From Octopus sinensis (lineage: Eukaryota), in assembly GCF_006345805.1 (NCBI RefSeq), contig NC_043006.1, positions 35,588,001 to 35,652,000 on the forward strand: a stretch of 64,000 bases of DNA. Reading direction: 5' to 3'. Under the pieces are notes generated by a model. That model was not told the DNA's origin. It made no database searches and worked only from the letters and a program-made list of their open reading frames with translations. A program made the position numbers and the translations under genes. Numbering within the stretch: the first letter of the stretch is position 1; the number at the start of each line of letters is the position of its first letter. Shown here piece by piece: positions 53,378 through 64,000 of the stretch.

Positions 53378-54380
53378 AATATAGTTATATATCTATGTAT
53401 ATATATATACATATATATACATACACAGTTAAATGTATATGTATATATATAACTGTGTGAGTATGTGCGTGTCTACCCCCTATGCGCGTAAACATAAGAT
53501 GAATCGTAGATAGTGTACATATTTATACATAGAACAATTAATTGTTTGTGTGACTACATAACGTTTAATGGCATCTAAGAAGTGCCGCGTTCCGTGTAAA
53601 AGTCTACTTTAAGTGGCAAAACAATGAGAAGGAAATTAATTTCTACTTCACATCAAAGAAACAATCACCAGACTGCGATAAAATTCCAAGAATGGTAAAT
53701 GGTTTGAAGCTGTGCCTGTGGTTGGTTCTGCTGGTGGAGTAGAATAAATTTCTGTTAACGGTGGAAACATTGTCGGTGATGTGTTTGTGGGTTTTTAGTT
53801 AGGTTTTCATGTCGGCCATTACGTTTTGTCGTACATCAATATTTTTTGTCAAACATGTTGGTATTTTGTAAGAGAAAATGTTTTGTTATTGTTGTTGGTA
53901 ATGGTGGTGGAAGTAGTGGTGTTGGTGTTGGTGATAGTTGTGGTGGTGGTGCTGCTGCTAGTGGTGGTATTGGTAATGGTGATGCTTGTGGTAGTGATTA
54001 GTGTTGCTATGGTTCTAAGTGTATTACAGTGGTTATGATAGTAGAAAATAGATGCGACGGTAGTAGAGGTGTTTGTTGTGGTGTTGGCAGAAATGACGTT
54101 GGTCATTTATGGTAGTTATTCTGTTACTTTTGCTGTTGTTGTTATTTCGCTTCACTAAACAAACATACGGTAAATAAAATAAAATAAAATAAAACATATC
54201 GTAGGAGCGGCTGTGTGGTAAGTAGCTTGCTTCCCAATTACATAGTTCCGGGTTCAATCCCACTGCGTGGCACCTTGGGCAAGTGTCTTCTACTATAGCC
54301 TCGGGCCGTCCAAAGCCTTGTGAGTGGATTTGGTAGACGGAAACTGTAAGAAGCCTGTCGTATATTTGTATATATATATA
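51688..54380 (+). repeat. Near-identical ~1352-bp tandem duplication
   Basis: 51688-53040 is repeated from 53041. ORF translations are identical at 52474/53826 and 52497/53849. I see differences only in (TA)n tracts. Confidence 0.95.
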
Positions 54381-54612
54381 TGTGTGTATATGTTTATGTG
54401 TGTATATGTTTATGTATCTATGTTTACCCCCACCTAACATCGCTTAACAACCGATGCTGGTATGTTTACGTCCCCATAACTTATCGGTTCGGCAATAGAG
54501 ACGGATAGAATAAGTACTAGGCTTACAAAGAATAAGTTCTGGGGTCGATTTACTCGACTAAAGGTGGTGCTCCAGCATGGCCACAGTCAAATGACTGAAA
54601 CAAGTAAAAGAG
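54200..54612 (+). mobile_element. SINE family A, full length (5' half duplicated at 52848-53010)
   Basis: Low-divergence copy with both modules. Confidence 0.9.
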
Positions 54613-54833
54613 TATATCGAGTGTGAGCACAACGTCCTTCTTCATGTTATTTGCTGGAAGTTGAGGACTATATTCCTCTGCGAATCATTTCCTAAAAAAA
54701 CAGGGCGTAATTTGAAGTAGATTAAGTTGCTCTTTGTAGCAGATCAAGCAACAGGTAATGGGTCACATATTGACTCCTGCTTTTTAGGTGAGTTGTACAA
54801 GTGCTAATGGTGGTTGTTTCTGAGATATAATTC

Positions 54834-55152
54834 GCACTCCGTCGGTTACAACAACGAGGGTTACAGTTGATTCGATCAACGGAACAGCCTGCTCTTGAAA
54901 TTAAAGTGCAAGTGGCTGAGCACTCCACAGACACGCGTGCCCTTAACGTCGTTCTCAGGGAGATTCAGCGTGACACAGAATGTGTGAAAACTGGCCCTTT
55001 TGGTTACAGGTACAACTCGTTTTTGCCAGTTGAATGAACTGGAGTAATGTTGAGATAAAGTGTCTTGCATAAGGATACAACGCGCCGCCGAGAATCGAAC
55101 TAACGACCTTACGATCGTGAGCCGAATAGCCTAACCACTGAGCGATGCACCT
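54834..55152 (-). mobile_element. SINE family C
   Basis: Reverse-complement homolog of 5737-6045. Confidence 0.8.
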
Positions 55153-56528
55153 TCGTAGTTTGAGATATGGTGGTGGTTGTGATGATGGTGGTGTGGTTGG
55201 TATGGATATTTTAATCGGGCGTTAGGAAGACATGATGGTTCCTTCGAGACCGTTGGGGGAGAGGGATTGATGGAGATATTCTCAAACCGGAAACTGACCA
55301 GAAAGCGTGCAATAGAAAAACTCCACCTTCTGGCAACGAAAGTGTCAGGGGTGGGGAGTTAAAATTGAGGACATTTTAAGTCTAGCACTCAAGTTTGCCA
55401 TGGTAGGATTTGAACCCTTAACGCAAAGAGCCGGGCAAATACAGCAACGAATCTAACACGATGTTCCTACAATACCATGCTTTCGACTGCCTTCGACTGG
55501 TGCAGTTTTATCGACTTGAGATGATTAAAGGTTAGTTTGACCTCGGTGGAATCGAACTCTGTATACAAGCAGTCGGTATAAATACCGCGTAGCCTTCTCA
55601 TTTACTCTCTAACCACTCTGCCAATTCGCAGCCTTATTCTGGCTTTTGTTCTTTCTGTTGTTTTTATGCATATTTAACATTATTTTGTGAATGTACGCAG
55701 TCTTCTGGTAAAGGTATTAGATTCATGATAACGTGATCGTGGGTTCGATTCTCAAATAAAGTAAAACCTTGTGTCCTTCACTTTTCTTTACTCTACTCCT
55801 TTAAAATGACAACCAACTGCAGCTGGAATTTAACCCTTCGGATTGGACTCCAGTTCAAGTTGACGTCCTGTCCTTTCAGATGTTTACACGCCTCGGAAAA
55901 CCGGAGTAATCTCCGCGCTAATGAACATGTAAGCTGGACACGGACTTTAAATTAGCGTAACGTCTAGACACATAGCCACTGAAATCGAACAAACCTGTGA
56001 CAAATAAAGATAAATGGCCATTTCACAGGCACATCACTCTGTATATGCCACAATTACATCTAATTGAGAACCATACTTTTACAATCTAACAATTTGTGGT
56101 TAAATATATGCGATGCAGTGATGCAGTTTAAGTTTATTGATTGTTTTCCCTCGTTGTCTGGTCTGTTCATTTATGTCAGTAGATTCTAGTACTGATCACC
56201 ATCGAGTTGGTGAGTAAGGTAGAAACAATAGATGTGGTAGTTAGGTCTGCTAGAAATGGCAGTTACAGATTGTTTAAATTTTACGGAACTCACTTCCGTA
56301 AAAAGGATTGAATATGCAGAAACCCAGTCCCTGTATATAATAAATATTCGTAGAATTCCTATATTTGATAACAATTCAATCTATAGTCAATTCCATGAGA
56401 TAAACTATAGTGAACAAAATACTTTTTTCTTTATCAGAATAAATAATTAAATATTCACAAATATACATATGTGGATGCCAAATGATATTACACACACATA
56501 TATATATATATATATGTATATATATGTA

Positions 56529-56590
<62 letters not shown>

Positions 56591-56679
56591 ATAAAGGATC
56601 GTAGATAAGGTTGGAACAAAGCGAATTAAATGCAAGCAACTCACAAAGAAAACAAATATATGAATTAATGTAGATTTCC

Positions 56680-56722
56680 CTTGTATTCAGTATTTCGGGG
56701 TTATGACCCCATTTTCAAGAAA
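56680..56722 (-). other. Decayed hammerhead-like motif beside (TA)n
   Basis: Minus strand TTGAAAA-T-GGGGT-CATA-ACCCC-GAAA; the core differs from CTGAAGA by two transitions. Confidence 0.4.
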
Positions 56723-57167
56723 TTAACGAATGTTTTCGATGTGCACGTGGTTTCAAAGCGAGCATTTTAACCATAAAGCCGTACCTATGCCCTTGTTAGG
56801 GAAAATTTGGGTGTAATTTAGATTACATTTCCTCAGGGTTTGAACCATCCTGCAGCGGTTCCTTCGTAGGTCTTTTATTGTTATAGAAATGGCGTGATTT
56901 GATTAAGTGTAGGCGGGTTAGGGATAGGTTCGTGATACTAATGGCTCTACTGAAATGACTTCATCATCATCATCATTGTCGTCACCACTTTGGTCGTGGT
57001 CGTCGCTGCTTTCGTAATCATCATCGTTGTTACGTTTGTACAGGTGGTTTGTGCAGGTGGTTTTATTGTTGTTATGGTTATGGTCGTGGTGGTGGTGGTG
57101 GTGGTGATGGTGGTGGTTAGGATGATTGTGGTAATGAAGCAGTCTCATGGTGGTGATTGTAATGAAG

Positions 57168-57169
57168 GC

Positions 57170-57207
<38 letters not shown>

Positions 57208-57426
57208 CAGCAGCGGTAGCAGTAGTAGTAGTAGTATTAGTAGTAGTAGCAGCAGCAATAGTAGTAGTAGTACTAGTAGTAGCAGTGGTAGTTGCAACAG
57301 CTGAAGCAACAGTAGCAGCAGAAGCAGTAGTAGTAGTAGTAGTAGTAGTAGTAATAGTAGTAGTAGTAGTAGTAGTATAGTAGTAGTAGTTGCAGCAGCA
57401 GTAGTAGTAGTAGTTGCAACAGCTGG

Positions 57427-57458
<32 letters not shown>

Positions 57459-57651
57459 TAGCAACAGAAGCAGCAGTAGCAGTAGTAGTAGTAGTAGTAG
57501 TAGCAGCAACAGCAGCAGCAGTAGCAGTACTAGTAATAGTAGTAGTAGTAGTAGTAGTAGTTGCAACAGCTGGAGCAGCAGTAGTAGTAGTAGTTGCAAC
57601 AGCTGGAGCAGCAGCAGTAGTAGTAGTAGTAGTAGTAGTTGCAACAGCTGG

Positions 57652-57682
<31 letters not shown>

Positions 57683-57723
57683 CTAGTAGTAGTTGTAGTA
57701 GTAGTAGTTGTAGTAGTAGCAGC

Positions 57724-57786
<63 letters not shown>

Positions 57787-57810
57787 TACAACAGCTGGAG
57801 CAGCAGCAGC

Positions 57811-57845
<35 letters not shown>

Positions 57846-57925
57846 CAGCAGCAGCAGTAGTAGTAGTAGTAGTAGTAGTAGTAGCAGTAGCGGCAGCAGC
57901 AGCAGTAGTAGTAGTAGTAGTAGTA
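57168..57925. repeat. (GTA)n/(GCA)n compound repeat with higher-order unit GTTGCAACAGCTGGA(GCA)n(GTA)n
   Basis: The unit recurs at ~57290, 57412, 57560, 57593, 57638 and 57785. Confidence 0.9.
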
Positions 57926-58449
57926 GGGATGGCGAGGGAATGTGTGGTAGTTTTAGAAGAGGTTTGGTTGTGGCGATTGTGATGGTGATGGTGACGGTGA
58001 TGGTGATGGTGATGGTCAGATTGGTTGTTTGCAGTGGTGACAATAAACACAATAAACCAAAACCACTTCTGCAAATGATTTATTTTAACAGATGAATTCT
58101 TCAGCTTTTAAATGTAATTGCTTTCAGATGTTCTTAAACTGGAAATTGCATTGTCATCTGGTTGTTGTTGTTGTTGTTGTTATCGTTCTTGTTCTTGTTC
58201 TTGTCGGTGTGTTTGTTGTTATTGTTGTTGTTTTTGGTAGAATGATCACTGTAATAATATCTATTGTTTGTATAGTTGTTGTTGGTGACCTTGTTTGTGG
58301 GGTTTTTTTTGTTGTTGCTGACGCAAGTACTGTTCTGTGACGTCGCCAATGCGACAAGAAAGAGCAAATCTCTTTTTCCTTAAAGTACAGCGACTTTGAA
58401 GTAAACAAAACTACAACACAATCAAACGATTTTCATTATTATTGTCTTT

Positions 58450-58587
58450 ATCATTCCGCAGAGGTCGTTTTAACCCTTCATCCTTTCGAGGTCGATAAAT
58501 TAAGTACCAGTTGAGTACTGATGGTCGATGTATTGGACTATTCCTCTCCTCCCCCAAATTTCAGACCTTGTGCCTATAATAGAGAGG

Positions 58588-58624
<37 letters not shown>

Positions 58625-58672
58625 TATTATTATTATTATTATTATCATATCATCATCATCATCATCATCATC

Positions 58673-58768
<96 letters not shown>

Positions 58769-59440
58769 CATTATTATTATTCCGTGTGCAAGGTTTCGAG
58801 CTAGCAGAATCGTTAGCACGCCGGACGAAATGCGTAGCCGTATTTCGTCTGCCGGTACGTTTTGAGTTCAAATTCCACCGAGGTCGACTTTGCCTTTCAT
58901 CCTTTCGGGGTCGATAAATTAAGTACCAGTTACGCACTGGGATCGATGTCATCGACTTAATCCGTTTGTCTGTCCTTGTTTGTCCCCTCTGTGTTTAACC
59001 CCTTGTGGGTAGTAAAGAAATAGGTATTTCGCTCGTCGCTACGTTCTGAGTTCAAATTCCACCAGGGTCCGCTTTGCCTTTCATCCTTTCGGGGGTGATA
59101 AATTAAGCACTAGTAAAACACTGGGATCTATATACTCGAGTAGATCCCCTTCCTCAAAAGGGGATCTACTCAGGGCTTTTGCCTTTCGTAGAAAGGATTA
59201 TTATTATTATTCTATGAGCAAGGCAACGAGCTGGCAGAATCGTTAGCATACAGGACCAAATACTTAGTAGCGTTTGGTCCGTGTTTACGTTCTCAGTTCA
59301 AATTCCGCCGAGGTCGACTTTGCCTTTGATCTATTTGGTCTCGATAAAACAAGAACCAACTGAGAACTAGGGTCGATGCAATCGACTTAACCCATTCACC
59401 TAAAATAGCTGATCTTGTACCAAAATTTGAAACCAAATTA
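58450..59440 (+). mobile_element. Family B SINE cluster: fragment, (ATT/ATC)n, dimer (58790-59197), monomer (59220-59440)
   Basis: Core GTCGACTTTGCCTTTCATCCTTTCGGGGTCGATAAATTAAGTACC (resembles the Meta/MESC SINE domain, from recall). The dimer junction matches the 11854 trimer junction. Confidence 0.85.
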
Positions 59441-59469
59441 ACATTTTCTCGGCATTGTCATAATTTGTG

Positions 59470-60778
59470 GACAACTAGTTCGCTTTACTTTGTTATAAAG
59501 ACTCAGGAAAGACATAAGTAGTATCTGGTGCTCTTTCTGTTTGTGAAAGTACCGTATTTTCATATTGTCCTTTTCTTAGTCCGGTGGCGGTTAATATGGT
59601 CACCACAGCTCTCTGCCTTTATTATTTTAAATAATACCTCTCTGTTTCTTTCTTTTTATTTTTAAGTAGATTATTTCTCTCATAGCCTTGGTATCTTTTC
59701 TTACTTAGTTCCGATTCTAGAGCATTATGCAAGCTACAAACCTCTCTTTGATATTTGGCAGGATGGTGGGCTTTGCACCAACAGTTCTGAAGTTTGAGCT
59801 TTTTCAGTTGAATACAAGTATTTTACTAGAAATTTTGGATTTTATCAACTTCCACTGCATTTCAGTTACTTTTCCCCTCATAGCTACAAATATGTTTTCC
59901 ACTCAGTTAAATTCGCGTCCAGATGAATCTTCATAGTTTAATTTTGCCTTTCATCTGTAGCTTACTTCAATCATTTTCACGGGGGTTCTCCAAGTAATCA
60001 AATTCTTGTCTACAACGTTTCAGTTTTTTTTTCTTCGCTCAGTTCATACTCTACATATTTTATTTTGTTATTTAATTTCCTATAAAAGTTTCGTTTATTT
60101 TCTAGAAATACAGTTTGCTTGGATTGCTTGGTTTATTTCTCCAATCTAAGCATTTGTTACTTATTACTTTCGCCCTTTGAATTGCTATTTCTTCTGTAAT
60201 TTGAAGATCTCGTTCCTTTTGGATGCTAATCTTTCTATATGTCATTGCTTTCTTGTGGAGTGGCATTTGCCTGCTTATTTTCCAACTCACTTGTTCTAAG
60301 CACATGCTTTTAAAATTCTATTTCGTCAATCATTTGAGTTACGTTTCTAGTTTTCTTCATTATTTCAAACCTTTGCTCCTCCCCTGGGAAGGTACGTGGC
60401 TAATTTGTTAGAGTATTGTATCACAATGGCAAAAACGTAGTTTCCATTCCCGGATAGGGTGGTGCATTATATTCTGGAGAAAAACATTTTACGTCACTTC
60501 AGTTAATTCCTCTGAATAAACCTTCAGTTAATTCCATGAATAAACCTGAAATGGACTGGAATTCTGCTCAGTGGGTATCTGGTAATCTCAGCCACTTCTA
60601 CGACGTCGAAATAGAGTAACTGGCGTTACGAATCCCAGCACCCGAACAGAATAATATCTAGGTGATTTATTTTCGTTACTCGCATTACTACACCTGCCAC
60701 ATATATAATCTACATTATTTAGTTTAAGGCCGCAATATATATTTAATTTCTCGTTGTGACTTGAGAGGGTCTTTACGC

Positions 60779-60809
<31 letters not shown>

Positions 60810-61470
60810 GCTCTGGCACAATATCACTTCTTTATTCTTGACCTTGAAGATAGCGAGAATCTCATTGATGAAGTCGTAAACAGCGACGAAAGAACTCTGA
60901 CTAACCAACGTATTAAACAGACAGTCGATTGGTTTTAGATATTTAACTAATTGGCAAGCAACAAAGTGATATTGAGTCAGTGCGTGTATTATTACCGGCG
61001 TAATGACCCTCAAAGACACAACAAAATTTGTTTCAACACACGAATTCACATCAAGAACCTCGTAAACCAAACTAAAAAAAAGGAAACTAAGTATATTTCA
61101 TTTATTTACTCAGTAATTATTTCTAATGCCAGGACAGTTTGATTATGGTTTTATTTTCCATGGTCTTTGATACTTTCATCGTGTTTGATATTTTTCTGGT
61201 TTGTAGTCATTCTTAATTTGTTTAGATTCTATCGCTTTCAATTCAAAATTAATTTCGTTTGTTGTTTTCTAAATCAATGCATTCATTTATATGTGCTGAA
61301 ACCGGTAGTCTTTGCTCCTCATGTTGTTTAAGCATTTTTGAGTTTCATGTTCTCTACTCTTTTAAACACTGTCATCTCCTGTACTGCGTTTTAATACCAG
61401 ATCAGCTTTGGTCAGTGTTTTTGTCTGCGTTCTCTTCTCGTGAGTGTTAGAATTTATTGATTTGTTTTAA
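59470..61470 (-). mobile_element. Heavily decayed long Penelope-like element
   Basis: Minus-strand peptides in PLE order: ETNFVVSLRVITP (NF..RLINP-like), VAVYDFINEIL (FYPSI-like), YFDVVEVAEI (YDGAEVAEL-like), EMQWKLI (IxWxI-like). Confidence 0.45.
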
Positions 61471-61484
61471 TATATTTCATATCT

Positions 61485-61700
61485 AAGGCGGCGAGCTGGC
61501 AGAAACGTTAGCATACCGGGCGAAATGCTTAGCGGTATTTCGTCCGTCTTTACGTTCTGAGTTCAAATTCCATCGTGGTCGACTTTGCCTTTCATAATTT
61601 TGGGGTCGATAAATTAAGTACCAGTTGCATACTGGTGTTAATCTAATCTACTGGCCCCTTTCCGAAAACTGTCGAGTCTTGTGCCTAGAGTAGAAAAGAA
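61485..61700 (+). mobile_element. SINE family B, full-length monomer
   Basis: AAGGCGGCGAGCTGGCAGAAACGTTAGC..GAGTTCAAATTC..core..TTGTGCCTAGAGTAGAAAAG. Confidence 0.9.
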
Positions 61701-62339
61701 GATTATTAACTTGTACAGAAAATAATGTGATTACTTTTTCCCCGAGTTCTGTAAGTTTATTTTGCGATATGAAATGAATATTTTGCTTTGGCGGTAATGA
61801 CGGATTTTATACAATATACGTATTCGGCTTTGATTTATTTCTATCGCACTCGTTCGAATGCGTTGTCGTTATCTTAGAAAACCATTTCCAGGTCACTCCT
61901 GCAATGACTTTGATCAGGACAAACATGGTTGATTCTATATACGAAGAAAGTTTAATATTGGATGAGAAAATACTAAGTGGGTGATTCCAAATGTTACTCG
62001 TGGCCTTTCTTCCTTCATGTATTCTTAAAAATCCATAAACGTTGTACTGATTTGCAAATGAATTCAATTAGCGTATATTTCTGTGATAACTGGAATTGAA
62101 CCTCTAACGCCGCAGACGATCAGGTCAATCTTATATTTTACAGACGACATAATGACGGTAACTCTATGCATTCGGTGAACTTGTTACAAATATTTGGTTT
62201 ACCGATAAATTCGTTTCTTTATATTTTCTAATTCGCACTCCATAATTATATGTCCGCACTGGAGTAAAATTTATTCAGATTTCAAAAGCGGTAAAGAAAG
62301 AATAAAGTTTTTTTTTTAAAACTATCTTTTATACTTTAT

Positions 62340-62518
62340 TTGTTAAACTGCGGTCATGCTGCGGTACCGCCTTGAAGAATTATTCGTCGAATGAATCAAA
62401 CCCAGTACTTATATTTCTTTCTAAAGTCTGGTACTTATTCTATCGGACTCTGCCGAACCGCTAAGTTAGAGGTTGTACACACAGGTTGTCAAGCATTAGT
62501 GAGGTACAAACAAAAAGA

Positions 62519-62576
<58 letters not shown>

Positions 62577-62716
62577 CGACGTGATTCTTTTTTAGTTCCC
62601 CTCTCCTATTTCCACTCAAGGCTTTGGCCGGCCCAAGTTTATAGCAGAAGACACTTGCCCAAAGCACCACGCAGTGAGATTGAACCCAGAACCATGTGGT
62701 AAGGAAGCCTATGCCT
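62340..62716 (-). mobile_element. SINE family A
   Basis: Both modules plus internal (CA)/(TA)n. Confidence 0.8.
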
Positions 62717-63564
62717 ATGATAAAAAATATTTTTCTTGTTAATTCAAATAATATTGTAACGGATGAAAATAAATGGAGAAACAAGTAAAATTAACAAATT
62801 CGCTTGACAACCCATGGTGTACTCAACCATAGTGCGAATGCATCGTCGTTCGATCAGCTAGAAATTCGCCCCCAAATAATAACCTATTGTCTCAAATAAA
62901 TGCGGGATATACTGTCAAGGAGAATAGAACAGAGTGTATAACTGCATCGCTTTCACAAGAGGTTAAGGTCTTGGGTGGAAAGTCTTGTATCAATGATATG
63001 CTCAATCAAGAGTGACATTATATCTAAATAACATCTCATCCTTATCTCTCTTACGTTAGCAGAAGAGCTAACTATTTAAAGGTAAAATATCATTTACAAA
63101 AAAACATTCGGGTAGTAAAGGCGCCATAACAGGAAATTAACTGACAGATTCTTCATTGAAAATGACATGTTAGAACGTTTTACTTCTCACACACAAATCG
63201 AATAAATTATGTATGTAGGTGTACGTGCGTGCGTTATGCAATCTGTAATCGGTGTTTGCGAGTTAGTGTCTGTATCTGTGCTTCATATTCCGTATAAGCG
63301 ATGTTTATGAGTATGAGATGGTGTGTCTAATTGTGTGAACACCCGATGTGTGTGTTTGACGCATAAACGGTTTGTTTGCATATACTAACGCATTTATTTT
63401 GTTTATTCAATTTTCTTTACACTACTCACTACTCGCCTGTTTATTATCTCGCAATCTCTTGAAATATAAATCAATACACTCTGGCTTTCTGATTGTGTTT
63501 ATTTTACTACATATATATATAAATACATGCATGTACGTATATACATATGCATACTTACGCACAT

Positions 63565-63667
<103 letters not shown>

Positions 63668-64000
63668 TAAAATCTTAGTTAAAACGTTATAAAAGCATTT
63701 TATAGGTATATAATGGAAATACATTCATAATATATGAAATAGGTTTTTCACGGACACACGCTCTAGCATACTCAACACTGAAATAATCCGCGTGGTAGTC
63801 AGCAACGGATATCAAAACGTGGAAACCTTAACAGAATAACTACTTATGCACATATACGATTATCTAGGTATTTTACACCGGAAACGATCGTTGAAATATA
63901 GAGAAACCTCTTCAGGTCTATCTGCTGATAAAATAAAATGCACAAGTCTTTACATCTTAGTTCAGCCCTTTTCTACACATTTATGAAATATTTATACATT

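Noticed and set aside
56280-56302. Terminator-like hairpin TTTACGGAA-CTCAC-TTCCGTAAA
   Set aside because: Short and AT-rich; intrinsic terminators are not relevant in this eukaryotic context.
61807-62067. 86-aa ORF containing NHPLSI
   Set aside because: A possible PLE thumb remnant, but one weak motif is insufficient.

Overview
This is an AT-rich, microsatellite-saturated eukaryotic window, either intergenic or intronic. From my recollection of the SINE families it is most likely a coleoid cephalopod (Octopus); that is inference, not checked against a database. I find no credible host protein-coding exon: the listed ORFs are simple-repeat translations or decayed transposon fragments. Main contents: (1) dozens of copies of about 5 tRNA-headed SINE families; (2) a 5'-truncated Penelope-like element with an inverted pLTR and a hammerhead ribozyme (8705-10733), plus several decayed Penelope fragments; (3) an L1/Tx1 3' fragment with a CCHC zinc motif; (4) two CR1-group LINE tails; (5) Tc1/mariner and pogo-type remnants; (6) a ~1.35 kb near-identical tandem duplication. 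The most interesting signal is a set of sequence-unrelated fold-back palindromes in (TA)n tracts whose apex falls at a hammerhead core. Also notable are a 288-bp indel-free hairpin with flanking 18-bp direct repeats, recurrent head-to-tail SINE multimers, and two candidate cis-regulatory motif clusters.
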